A DNA stretch of 64,000 nucleotides from the human T2T-CHM13v2.0 reference genome, Homo sapiens, in NCBI RefSeq assembly GCF_009914755.1, contig NC_060928.1; one strand, 5' to 3'. The position numbers and the translations under genes were made by a program. This document shows, piece by piece, positions 14,722 to 30,005 of this stretch. The notes below the pieces were generated by a model. The model was not told where the DNA came from. It saw only the letters and a list, made by a program, of their open reading frames with translations, and did no database searches. Position 1 is the stretch's first letter. Every line of letters begins with the position of its first letter.

Positions 14722-17700
14722 GGTACTTTTATATTTCATGTACAGTATATAATATATAGTTTGGGTACTTTGATATTTTATGTACAGTATATAATACATA
14801 GTTTGGGTATTTTGATATTTTATGTACAGTATATAATACATACTTTGGGTACTTTGATATTTTATGTACAGTATATAATATATAGTTTGGGTACTTTGAT
14901 AATTTATGTGCAGTATATAACACATACTTTCGGTAGTTGGATATTTTATGTACAGTATATAATACATACTTTGGGTACTTCGATATTTGATGTACAGTAT
15001 ACTATATATAGTTTGGGTACTTTGATATTTTATGTCGGGTACAAAATAAATAGTTTTGGTACTTAGATATTTTATGTACAGTATATAGTTTGAGTACTTT
15101 GATATTTTATGTACAGTTTATTATTAATGGGTGCTTTCATATTTTATGTACAGTATATAATACATACTATGGGCACTTTGATATTTTATGTAGAGTATAT
15201 AATACATAATTTGGGTACTTTGATATTTTATATACACTACATAATACATACTTTGGGTACTTTGATATTTTATGTACAGTACATAATATATAGTTTGGGT
15301 ACTTTGATATTGTATGTGCAGTATATAACACATACTTTCGGTACTTGGATATTTTATGTACAGTATATAATACATAATTTGGGTACTTCCATATTTTATG
15401 TACAGTATGCTATATATACTTTGGGTACTTTGATATTTTATGTCCAGTAAAAAATAAAAAGTTTTGGTAATTCGATATTTTATGTACAGTGTATCGTTTG
15501 AGTACTTTGATATTTAACGTGCAGTTTATTATAAATGTTCGGGTGCTTTCATATTTTATGTACAGTATATAATACATACTTTGAGCACTTTGATATTTTA
15601 TGTACAGTATATAATACATACTTTGGGTAATTTGATATTTTATGTACAGTATATAATACATACATTGGGTACTTTGATATTTTATGTACAGTATATAATA
15701 TATAGTTAGGGTACTTTGATATTTTATATACAGTATATAATATATATTATGTGTACTTTGATATATTATGTACAGTATATAATATATAGTTTGGGTAATT
15801 TGATATTTTATGTACAGTATACAATATATAGTATTGGTACTTTGATATTTCATGTAAAGTATATAGTTTGAGTACTTTGATATTTTATATACAGTTTATT
15901 ATAAATGTTTGGGTACCTTCCTATTTTATGTAGAGTATATAATACATACTTTGGGAACTTTTATTTTATGTGCAGTATATAATACATACTTTGGGTACTT
16001 TGATATTTTATGTACAGTATATAATACATACTATTGGTACTTTGATATTTTATGTACAGTATACAATATATAGTTTGAGTACTTTGATATTTTATGTCCA
16101 GTATAAAATATATAGATTTCATACTTTGATATTTTATGTACTGAATGTAGTTTGAGTACTTTGATATTTTATGTACACTTTATTATAAAAGTTTGGGTAC
16201 TTTCATATTTTACGTACAGTATATAATACATACTTTGGGCACTTTGATGTTTTATGTACAGTATATAATACATACTTTGGGTTCTTTGATATTTTATGTA
16301 CAGCACATAATACATAATTTGGGGACTTTTATATTTTATGTACATTATATTATACATACTTTGGGTACTTTTATATTTTATGTACGGTATATAATACACA
16401 CTTTGGGTACTTTGATATATTATGTACAGTATATAATACATACTTTGGGTACTTTGATATATTATGTACAGTATATAATACATACTAAGGGTACTTTGAC
16501 ATTTTATGTACAGTACATAATACATACTTTGGGTACTTTGATATTTTATGTACAGTATATAATGCATACTTTGGATACTTTGATATTTTATGTACAGTAT
16601 ATAATACATACTTTGGGTACTTTTATATTTTATGTACAGTATATAATATATAGTTTGGGTACTTTGATATTTTATGTACGGTATATAATACATACTTTGG
16701 GTACTTTGATATTTTATGTACAGTATATAATACATACTTTGTGTACTCTGATATTTTATGTACAGTATACAATATATAGTTTGAATACTTTGATATTTTA
16801 TGTACTGTATAAAATATATAGTGTTCGTACTTTGATATTTTATGTACAATATATAGTTTGAGTACTTTGATATTTTATGTACAGTTTTTTATAAATGTTT
16901 GGGTGCTTTCAAATTTTATGTACAGTATATAATACATACAAAGGGCACTTTGATATTTTATGTACAGTATATAATACATACTTTGGGTACTCTGATATTT
17001 TATATACAGTGTATAATACATACTTTGGGTACTTTGATATTTTATGTACAATATATAATACATACGTTGGCAACTTTGATATATTATGTACAGTATATAA
17101 TACATACTTTGGGTACTTTGATATTTTATCTACAGTATACAACACATAGTTTGTGTACTTTGATATTTTAGGTACAGTATATAATACATACTTTGGGTAC
17201 TTTGATATTTTATGTACAGTATATAATACATACATTGGGTACTTTCATATTTTATGTACAGTATATAATATATAGTTTGGTTACTTTGATATTTTATCTA
17301 CAGCTTATAATACATACTTTGGATACTTTGATACTTTATGTACAGTATATAATACATAATTTGGGTACTTTGTTATTTTTTGTACAGTATACAATATATA
17401 GTTTGAGTACTTTGATATTTTATGTGCAGTATAAAATATATAGTTTTGGTACTTTCATATTTTATGTACACTATATAGTTTGAGTACTTTGATATTTTAT
17501 GTACAGTTTTTTATAAATGTTTGGGTGCTTTCATATTTTATGTACAGTATATAATACATACTAAGGGCACTTTGATATTTTATGTACAGTATATAATACA
17601 TACCTTGGGTACTTTGATATTTTATGTACAGTATATAATACATAGTTTGGGTATTTTGATATTTTATGTACAGTATATAATACATACTTTGGGTACTTTG

Positions 17701-20430
17701 ATATTTTATGTACAGTATATAATACATACTTTGGGAACTTTGATATTTTATGTACAGTATGTAGAACATACTTTGGGTACTTTGATATTTTATGTACAGG
17801 ATATAATGCATACTTTGGGTACTTTGATAGTTTATGTACAGTATATAATACATACTTTGGGTACTTTGATATTTTATGTATAGTATAAAATATATAGTTT
17901 GCGTACTTTGATATTTTATGTACAGTATGTAAAACATACTTTGGGGAGTTTGATATTTTATGTACAGTATGTAAAACATACTTTGGGGAGTTTGATATTT
18001 TATGAACAGTATATAATACACATTTTGTGTACTTTGATATTTTATGTAAAGTATATAATACATACTTTGGGTACTTTGATATTTTATGTACAGTATATAT
18101 TACATACTTTGGGTACTTTGATATTTTATGTACAGTATACAATATATAGTTTGAGTACTTTGATATTTTATGTACTGTATAAAATATATAGTTTTGGTAC
18201 TTTGATATTTTATGTACAGTATATAGTTTGAGTACTTTGATATTTTATGTACAGTTTGTTATAAATATTTTGGTGCTTTCATATTTTATGTACTGTATAT
18301 AATACATGCTTTGGGCACTTTGATATTTTATGTACAGTATATAATACATACTTTGGGTACTCTGATATTTTATGTACAGTGTATAATACATACTTTGGGT
18401 ACTTTGATATTTTATGTACAGTATATAATACATACATTGGGTACTTTTATATATTATGTACAGTATATAATACTTACTTGGGGTACTTTGATATTTTATG
18501 TACAGTATATAATACATAGTTTGTGTACTTTGATATTTTATGTACAGTATGTAGTACACACTTTGGGTACTTTGATATTTTATGTACAGTATATAATACA
18601 TACTTTGGGTATCTTGATATTTTATGTACAGTATATAATGCATATTTTGCGTCCTTTGATATTTTATGTACAGTATATAATGCATACTTTGGGTACTTTG
18701 ATATTTCATGTACAGTATGCAATACATACTTTGGGTACTTTGATATTTTATGTATAGTATATAATACATACTTTGTGTAGTTTGATATTTTATGTACAGT
18801 ATACAATATATAGTTTGAGTACTTTGTTATTTTATGTGCAGTATAAAATATATAGTTTTCGTAATTGATATTTTATGTACACAATATAGTTTGAGTACTT
18901 TGATATTTTATGTACACTTTATTATAAATGTTTGGGTACTTTCATATTTTATGTACAGTATATAATACATACTTTGGTCTCTTTGATGTTTTATGTACAG
19001 TATATAATACATACTTTGGGTTCTTTGATATTTTATGTACAGAATATAATGCATAGTTTTAGGTACTTTTATATTTTATGTACAGTATATAATACATACT
19101 TTGGGTACTTTGATATTTTATGTACAGTATATAATACATACTTTGGGAACTTTGATATTTTATGTACAGTATGTAATACATACTTTGGGTACTTTGATAT
19201 TTTATGTACAGTATATAATACATACTATTGGTACTTTGATATTTTATGTACAGTATACAATATATAGTTTGAGTACTTTGATATTTTATGTCCAGTATAA
19301 AATACATAGATTTCATACTTTGATATTTTATGTACAGAATATAGTTTGAGTACTTTGATATTTTATGTACACTTTATCATAAAAGTTTGGGTACTTTCAT
19401 ATTTTACGTACAGTATATAATACATACTTTGGGCACTTTGATGTTTTATGTACAGTATATAATACATACTTTGGGTTCTTTGATATGTTATGTACAGCAT
19501 ATAGTACATAATTTGGGGACTTTTATATTTTATGTACATTATATAATACATACTTTGGGTACTTTTATATTTTATGTACGGTATGTAATACATACTTTGG
19601 GTACTTTGATATATTATGTACAGTATATAATACATACTTTGGGTACTTTGATATATTATGTACAGTATATAATACATACTTAGGGTACTTTGACATTTTA
19701 TGTACAGTACATAATACATACTTTGGGTACTTTGATATTTTATGTACAGCATATAATACATACTTTGGGTACTTTGATATTTTATGTACAGTATATAATA
19801 CATGTTTTGGGTACTTTTACATTTTATGTACAGTATATAATATATAGTTTGGGTACTTTGATATTTTATGAACGGTATATAATACATAATTTGGGTACTT
19901 TGATATTTTATGTACAGTATATAATACATACTTTGGGTACTTTGATAATTTATGTACAGTATATAATACATACTTTGGGTACTTTGATATTTAATATACA
20001 GTATATAATACACACTTTGCGTACTTTGATATTTTATGTAAAGTATGTAATACATACTTTGGGTACTTTGATATTTTATGTACAGTATGTAATACACGCT
20101 TTGGGTACTTTGATATTTTATGTAGAGTATGTAAAACATACTTTGGGTAGTTTGATATTTTATGATCAGTATATAATACATACTTTGGGTACTTTGATAT
20201 TTTATGTACAGTATATAATACATACTTTGGGTACTTTGATATTTTATGTACAGTATATAATGCATAATTTGGGTACTTCAATAGTTTATGCACAGTATAT
20301 AATACATACTTTGGGTAATTTGATATTTTATGTACAGTATATAATGCATACTTTGGGTACTTTGATAGTTTATGTACAGTATACAATACATACTTTGGGT
20401 ACTTTGATATTTTATGTACAGTATATAATA
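14722..20430 (+). repeat. Near-identical block of about 5.7 kb, copy 1 (copy 2 at offset 7668)
   Basis: ORF pairs 14729/22397, 15109/22777, 15410/23078, 16169/23837, 17497/25165, 18245/25913, 18932/26600, 19387/27055 and 19991/27659 have almost identical translations. Private variants (gtcgggtacaaaa, ttattaatgggt, gtgtatcgtttg) are seen only in these two copies. Confidence 0.93.
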
Positions 20431-22400
20431 TGTAGTTTGGGTACTTTGATATTTTATTTACAGCTTATAATACATACTTTGGATACTTTGATACTTTATG
20501 TACAGTATATAATACATAATTTGGGTACTTTGTTATTTTATGTACAGTATACAATATATAGTTTGAGTACTTTGATATGTTATGTGCAGTATAAAATATA
20601 TAGTTTTGGTACTTTCATATTTTATGTACAGTATATAGTTTGAGTACTTTGATATTTTATGTACAGTTTTTTATAAATGTTTGGGTGCTTTCATATTTTA
20701 TGTACAGTATATAATACATACTAAGGGCACTTTGATATTTTATGTACAGTATATAATACATACCTTGGGTACTTTGATATTTTATGTACAGTATATAATA
20801 TATAGTTTGGGTATTTTGATATTTTATGTACAGTATATAATACATATTTTGGGTACTTTGATATTGTATGTACAGTATATAATACATACTTTGGGAACTT
20901 TGATATTTTATGTACAGTATGTAGAACATACTTTGGGTACTTTGATATTTTATGTACAGGATATAATGCATACTTTGGGTACTTTGATAGTTTATGTACA
21001 GTATATAATACATACTTTGGGTACTTTGATATTTTATGTATAGTATAAAATATATAGTTTGGGTACTTTGATATTTTATGTACAGTATGTAAAACATACT
21101 TTGGGGAGTTTGATATTTTATGTACAGTATGTAAAACATACTTTGGGGAGTTTGATATTTTATGAACAGTATATAATACACATTTTGTGTACTTTGATAT
21201 TTTATGTAAAGTATATAATACATACTTTGGGTACTTTGATATTTTATGTACAGTATATATTACATACTTTGGGTACTTTGATATTTTATGTACAGTATAC
21301 AATATATAGTTTGAGTACTTTGATATTTTATGTACTGTATAAAATATATAGTTTTGGTACTTTGATATTTTATGTACAGTATATAGTTTGAGTACTTTGA
21401 TATTTTATGTACAGTTTGTTATAAATATTTTGGTGCTTTCATATTTTATGTACTGTATATAATACATGCTTTGGGCACTTTGATATTTTATGTACAGTAT
21501 ATAATACATACTTTGGGTACTCTGATATTTTATGTACAGTGTATAATACATACTTTGGGTACTTTGATATTTTATGTACAGTATATAATACATACATTGG
21601 GTACTTTGATATATTATGTACAGTATATAATACTTACTTGGGGTACTTTGATATTTTATGTACATTATATAATACATAGTTTGTGTACTTTGATATTTTA
21701 TCTACAGTATGTAGTACACACTTTGGGTACTTTGATATTTTATGTACAGTATATAATACATACTTTGGGTATCTTGATATTTTATGTACAGTATATAATG
21801 CATACTTTGCGTCCTTTGATATTTTATGTACAGTATATAATGCATACTTTGGGTACTTTGATATTTCATGTACAGTATGTAATACATACTTTGGGTACTT
21901 TGATATTTTATGTATAGTATATAATACATACTTTGTGTAGTTTGATATTTTATGTACAGTATACAATATATAGTTTGAGTACTTTGTTATTTTATGTGCA
22001 GTATAAAATATATAGTTTTCGTAATTGATATTTTATGTACAGAATATAGTTTGAGTACTTTGATATTTTATGTACAATTTATTATAAATGTTTGGGTACT
22101 TTCATGTTTTATGTACAGTGTATAATACATACTTTGGTCTCTTTGATGTTTTATGTACAGTATATAATACATACTTTGGGTTCTTTGATATTTTATGAAC
22201 AGAAAATAATGCATAGTTTTAGGTACTTTTATATTTTATGTACAGTATATAATACATACTTTGGGTACTTTGATATTTTATGTACAGTATATAATACATA
22301 CTTTGGGAACTTTGATATTTTATGTACGGTATATAATACATACTTTGGGTACTTTGATATTTTATGTACAGTATATAATACATGTTTTGGGTACTTTTAT
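17283..22400 (+). repeat. 3160-bp unit (17283-20442) followed by a partial tandem copy (20443 to about 22400)
   Basis: ORF pairs 17497/20657, 17899/21059, 18245/21405 and 18932/22092 are all 3160 bp apart. Confidence 0.87.
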
Positions 22401-25400
22401 ATTTCATGTACAGTATATAATATATAGTTTGGGTACTTTGATATTTTATGTACAGTATATAATACATAGTTTGGGTATTTTGATATTTTATGTACAGTAT
22501 ATAATACATACTTTGGGTACTTTGATATTTTATGTACAGTATATAATATATAGTTTGGGTACTTTGATAATTTATGTGCAGTATATAACACATACTTTCG
22601 GTAGTTGGATATTTTATGTACAGTATATAATACATACTTTGGGTACTTCGATATTTGATGTACAGTATACTATATATAGTTTGGGTACTTTGATATTTTA
22701 TGTCGGGTACAAAATAAATAGTTTTGGTACTTAGATATTTTATGTACAGTATATAGTTTGAGTACTTTGATATTTTATGTACAGTTTATTATTAATGGGT
22801 GCTTTCATATTTTATGTACAGTATATAATACATACTATGGGCACTTTGATATTTTATGTAGAGTATATAATACATAATTTGGGTACTCTGATATTTTATA
22901 TACACTACATAATACATACTTTGGGTACTTTGATATTTTATGTACAGTACATAATATATAGTTTGGGTACTTTGATATTGTATGTGCAGTATATAACACA
23001 TACTTTCGGTACTTGGATATTTTATGTACAGTATATAATACATAATTTGGGTACTTCCATATTTTATGTACAGTATGCTATATATACTTTGGGTACTTTG
23101 ATATTTTATGTCCAGTAAAAAATAAAAAGTTTTGGTAATTCGATATTTTATGTACAGTGTATCGTTTGAGTACTTTGATATTTAACGTGCAGTTTATTAT
23201 AAATGTTCGGGTGCTTTCATATTTTATGTACAGTATATAATACATACTTTGAGCACTTTGATATTTTATGTACAGTATATAATACATACTTTGGGTAATT
23301 TGATATTTTATGTACAGTATATAATACATACATTGGGTACTTTGATATTTTATGTACAGTATATAATATATAGTTAGGGTACTTTGATATTTTATATACA
23401 GTATATAATATATATTATGTGTACTTTGATATATTATGTACAGTATATAATATATAGTTTGGGTAATTTGATATTTTATGTACAGTATACAATATATAGT
23501 ATTGGTACTTTGATATTTCATGTAAAGTATATAGTTTGAGTACTTTGATATTTTATATACAGTTTATTATAAATGTTTGGGTACCTTCCTATTTTATGTA
23601 GAGTATATAATACATACTTTGGGAACTTTTATTTTATGTGCAGTATATAATACATACTTTGGGTACTTTGATATTTTATGTACAGTATATAATACATACT
23701 ATTGGTACTTTGATATTTTATGTACAGTATACAATATATAGTTTGAGTACTTTGATATTTTATGTCCAGTATAAAATATATAGATTTCATACTTTGATAT
23801 TTTATGTACTGAATGTAGTTTGAGTACTTTGATATTTTATGTACACTTTATTATAAAAGTTTGGGTACTTTCATATTTTACGTACAGTATATAATACATA
23901 CTTTGGGCACTTTGATGTTTTATGTACAGTATATAATACATACTTTGGGTTCTTTGATATTTTATGTACAGCATATAATACATAATTTGGGGACTTTTAT
24001 ATTTTATGTACATTATATTATACATACTTTGGGTACTTTTATATTTTATGTACGGTATATAATACACACTTTGGGTACTTTGATATATTATGTACAGTAT
24101 ATAATACATACTTTGGGTACTTTGATATATTATGTACAGTATATAATACATACTAAGGGTACTTTGACATTTTATGTACAGTACATAATACATACTTTGG
24201 GTACTTTGATATTTTATGTACAGTATATAATGCATACTTTGGATACTTTGATATTTTATGTACAGTATATAATACATACTTTGGGTACTTTTATATTTTA
24301 TGTACAGTATATAATATATAGTTTGGGTACTTTGATATTTTATGTACGGTATATAATACATACTTTGGGTACTTTGATATTTTATGTACAGTATATAATA
24401 CATACTTTGTGTACTCTGATATTTTATGTACAGTATACAATATATAGTTTGAATACTTTGATATTTTATGTACTGTATAAAATATATAGTGTTCGTACTT
24501 TGATATTTTATGTACAATATATAGTTTGAGTACTTTGATATTTTATGTACAGTTTTTTATAAATGTTTGGGTGCTTTCAAATTTTATGTACAGTATATAA
24601 TACATACAAAGGGCACTTTGATATTTTATGTACAGTATATAATACATACTTTGGGTACTCTGATATTTTATATACAGTGTATAATACATACTTTGGGTAC
24701 TTTGATATTTTATGTACAATATATAATACATACGTTGGCAACTTTGATATATTATGTACAGTATATAATACATACTTTGGGTACTTTGATATTTTATCTA
24801 CAGTATACAACACATAGTTTGTGTACTTTGATATTTTAGGTACAGTATATAATACATACTTTGGGTACTTTGATATTTTATGTACAGTATATAATACATA
24901 CATTGGGTACTTTCATATTTTATGTACAGTATATAATATATAGTTTGGTTACTTTGATATTTTATCTACAGCTTATAATACATACTTTGGATACTTTGAT
25001 ACTTTATGTACAGTATATAATACATAATTTGGGTACTTTGTTATTTTTTGTACAGTATACAATATATAGTTTGAGTAGTTTGATATTTTATGTGCAGTAT
25101 AAAATATATAGTTTTGGTACTTTCATATTTTATGTACAGTATATAGTTTGAGTACTTTGATATTTTATGTACAGTTTTTTATAAATGTTTGGGTGCTTTC
25201 ATATTTTATGTACAGTATATAATACATACTAAGGGCACTTTGATATTTTATGTACAGTATATAATACATACCTTGGGTACTTTGATATTTTATGTACAGT
25301 ATATAATACATAGTTTGGGTATTTTGATATTTTATGTACAGTATATAATACATACTTTGGGTACTTTGATATTTTATGTACAGTATATAATACATACTTT

Positions 25401-28098
25401 GGGAACTTTGATATTTTATGTACAGTATGTAGAACATACTTTGGGTACTTTGATATTTTATGTACAGGATATAATGCATACTTTGGGTACTTTGATAGTT
25501 TATGTACAGTATATAATACATACTTTGGGTACTTTGATATTTTATGTATAGTATAAAATATATAGTTTGCGTACTTTGATATTTTATGTACAGTATGTAA
25601 AACATACTTTGGGGAGTTTGATATTTTATGTACAGTATGTAAAACATACTTTGGGGAGTTTGATATTTTATGAACAGTATATAATACACATTTTGTGTAC
25701 TTTGATATTTTATGTAAAGTATATAATACATACTTTGGGTACTTTGATATTTTATGTACAGTATATATTACATACTTTGGGTACTTTGATATTTTATGTA
25801 CAGTATACAATATATAGTTTGAGTACTTTGATATTTTATGTACTGTATAAAATATATAGTTTTGGTACTTTGATATTTTATGTACAGTATATAGTTTGAG
25901 TACTTTGATATTTTATGTACAGTTTGTTATAAATATTTTGGTGCTTTCATATTTTATGTACTGTATATAATACATGCTTTGGGCACTTTGATATTTTATG
26001 TACAGTATATAATACATACTTTGGGTACTCTGATATTTTATGTACAGTGTATAATACATACTTTGGGTACTTTGATATTTTATGTACAGTATATAATACA
26101 TACATTGGGTACTTTTATATATTATGTACAGTATATAATACTTACTTGGGGTACTTTGATATTTTATGTACAGTATATAATACATAGTTTGTGTACTTTG
26201 ATATTTTATGTACAGTATGTAGTACACACTTTGGGTACTTTGATATTTTATGTACATTATATAATACATACTTTGGGTATCTTGATATTTTATGTACAGT
26301 ATATAATGCATACTTTGCGTCCTTTGATATTTTATGTACAGTATATAATGCATACTTTGGGTACTTTGATATTTCATGTACAGTATGCAATACATACTTT
26401 GGGTACTTTGATATTTTATGTATAGTATATAATACATACTTTGTGTAGTTTGATATTTTATGTACAGTATACAATATATAGTTTGAGTACTTTGTTATTT
26501 TATGTGCAGTATAAAATATATAGTTTTCGTAATTGATATTTTATGTACACAATATAGTTTGAGTACTTTGATATTTTATGTACACTTTATTATAAATGTT
26601 TGGGTACTTTCATATTTTATGTACAGTATATAATACATACTTTGGTCTCTTTGATGTTTTATGTACAGTATATAATACATACTTTGGGTTCTTTGATATT
26701 TTATGTACAGAATATAATGCATAGTTTTAGGTACTTTTATATTTTATGTACAGTATATAATACATACTTTGGGTACTTTGATATTTTATGTACAGTATAT
26801 AATACATACTTTGGGAACTTTGATATTTTATATACAGTATGTAATACATACTTTGGGTACTTTGATATTTTATGTACAGTATATAATACATACTATTGGT
26901 ACTTTGATATTTTATGTACAGTATACAATATATAGTTTGAGTACTTTGATATTTTATGTCCAGTATAAAATACATAGATTTCATACTTTGATATTTTATG
27001 TACAGAATATAGTTTGAGTACTTTGATATTTTATGTACACTTTATCATAAAAGTTTGGGTACTTTCATATTTTACGTACAGTATATAATACATACTTTGG
27101 GCACTTTGATGTTTTATGTACAGTATATAATACATACTTTGGGTTCTTTGATATGTTATGTACAGCATATAGTATATAATTTGGGGACTTTTATATTTTA
27201 TGTACATTATATAATACATACTTTGGGTACTTTTATATTTTATGTACGGTATATAATACATACTTTGGGTACTTTGATATATTATGTACAGTATATAATA
27301 CATACTTTGGGTACTTTGATATATTATGTACAGTATATAATACATACTTAGGGTACTTTGACATTTTATGTACAGTACATAATACATACTTTGGGTACTT
27401 TGATATTTTATGTACAGCATATAATACATACTTTGGGTACTTTGATATTTTATGTACAGTATATAATACATGTTTTGGGTACTTTTACATTTTATGTACA
27501 GTATATAATATATAGTTTGGGTACTTTGATATTTTATGAATGGTATATAATACATAATTTGGGTACTTTGATATTTTATGTACAGTATATAATACATACT
27601 TTGGGTACTTTGATAATTTATGTACAGTATATAATACATACTTTGGGTACTTTGATATTTAATATACAGTATATAATACACACTTTGCGTACTTTGATAT
27701 TTTATGTAAAGTATGTAATACATACTTTGGGTACTTTGATATTTTATGTACAGTATGTAATACACGCTTTGGGTACTTTGATATTTTATGTAGAGTATGT
27801 AAAACATACTTTGGGTAGTTTGTTATTTTATGATCAGTATATAATACATACTTTGGGTACTTTGATATTTTATGTACAGTATATAATACATACTTTGGGT
27901 ACTTTGATATTTTATGTACAGTATATAATGCATAATTTGGGTACTTCAATAGTTTATGCACAGTATATAATACATACTTTGGGTAATTTGATATTTTATG
28001 TACAGTATATAATGCATACTTTGGGTACTTTGATAGTTTATGTACAGTATACAATACATACTTTGGGTACTTTGATATTTTATGTACAGTATATAATA
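22390..28098 (+). repeat. Near-identical block of about 5.7 kb, copy 2
   Basis: Colinear with 14722-20430 at a constant offset of 7668. The match breaks at about 28098 (ataatagatagtttggtt versus ataatatgtagtttgggt). Confidence 0.93.
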
Positions 28099-30005
28099 GA
28101 TAGTTTGGTTACTTTGATATTTTTTGTACAGTATGTAAAACATACTTTGGGGAGTTTGATATTTTATGAACAGTATATAATACACATTTTGGGTACTTTG
28201 ATATTTTATGTACGGTATATAATACATACTTTGGGTACTTTGATATTTTATGTACAGTATATAATTCATACTTTGTGTACTTTGATATTTTATGTACAGT
28301 ATATAATACATACATTGGGTACTTCGATATTTTATGTGCAGTACCCTATATATAGTTTGGGTACTTTGATATTTTATGTCCAGTATAAAATAAATAGTTT
28401 TGGTACTTTGATATTTTATGTACAGTATATAGTTTGAGTACTTTGATATTTAATGTTCAGTTTATTATAAATGTTTGGGTGCTTTCATATTTTATATACA
28501 GTATATAATACATACTTTGGGCACTTTGATATTTTCTGTACAGTATATAATACATACTTTGGGTACTTTGATATTTTATGTACGGTATATAATACATACA
28601 TTGGGTACTTTGATATTTTATGTACAGTATATAATATATAGTTTGGTTACTTTGATATTTTATAGACAGTATATAATATATATTATGTGTACTTTGATAT
28701 ATTATGTACAGTATATAATATATAGTATGGGTTGTTTGATATTTTATGTACAGTATATAATATATAGTTTGGGTAGTTTGATATTTTTAGTACAGTATGT
28801 AATATATTGTTTGTTTTATTTGATATTTTATGTACAGTATACAATATATAGTATTGGTACTTTGATATTTCATGTAAAGTATATAGTTTGAGTACTTTGA
28901 TATTTTATATGCAGTTTATTATAAATGTTTGGGTACCTTCATAATTTATGTACAGTATATAATACATACTTTGGGAACTTTTATTTTATGTGCAGTATAT
29001 AATACATACTTTGGGTACTTTGATATTTCATGTACAGTATATAATACACACTTTGGGTACTTTGATATTTTATGTACAGTATATAATACACACTTTGGGT
29101 ACTTTGATATTTTATGTACAGTATATAATACATACTTTGGGTACTTTGATGTATTATGTACAGTATATAATACATACTTTGGGTACTTTGATATTTTATG
29201 TACAGTATATAATACATACTTTGGGTACTTTGATATTTTATGTACAGTATGTAATACACACTTTGGGTACTTTGATATTTTATGTACAGTATGTAAAACA
29301 TACTTTGGGTAGTTTGATATATTATGTACAGTATATAATACATACTTTGGGTACTCTGATATTTTATGTACAGTGTATAATACATACTTTGGGTACTTTG
29401 ATATTTTATGTACAGTATATAATACATACATTGGGTACTTTGATATATTATGTACAGTATATAATACTTACTTGGGGTATCTTGATATTTTATGTACAGT
29501 ATATAATGCATACTTTGGGTACTTTGATATTTTATGTACAGTATATAATGCATACTTTGAGTACTTTGATATTTTATGTACAGTATGTAATACATACTTT
29601 GGGTACTTTGATATTTTATGTATAGTATATAATACATACTTTGTGTAGTTTGATATTTTATGTACAGTATACAATATATAGTTTGAGTACTTTGATATTT
29701 TATGTCCAGTATAAAATATATAGTTTTCCTAATTGATATTTTATGTACAGAATATAGTTTGAGTACTTTGATATTTTATGTACACTTTATTATAAATGTT
29801 TGGGTACTTTCATATTTTATGTACAGTATATAATACATACTTTGGTCTCTTTGATGTTTTATGTACAGTATATAATACATACTTTGGGTTCTTTGATATT
29901 TTATGTGCAGAATATAATGCATAGTTTTAGGTACTTTTATATTTTATGTACAGTATATAATACATACTTTGGGTACTTTGATATTTTATGTACAGTATAT
30001 AATAC

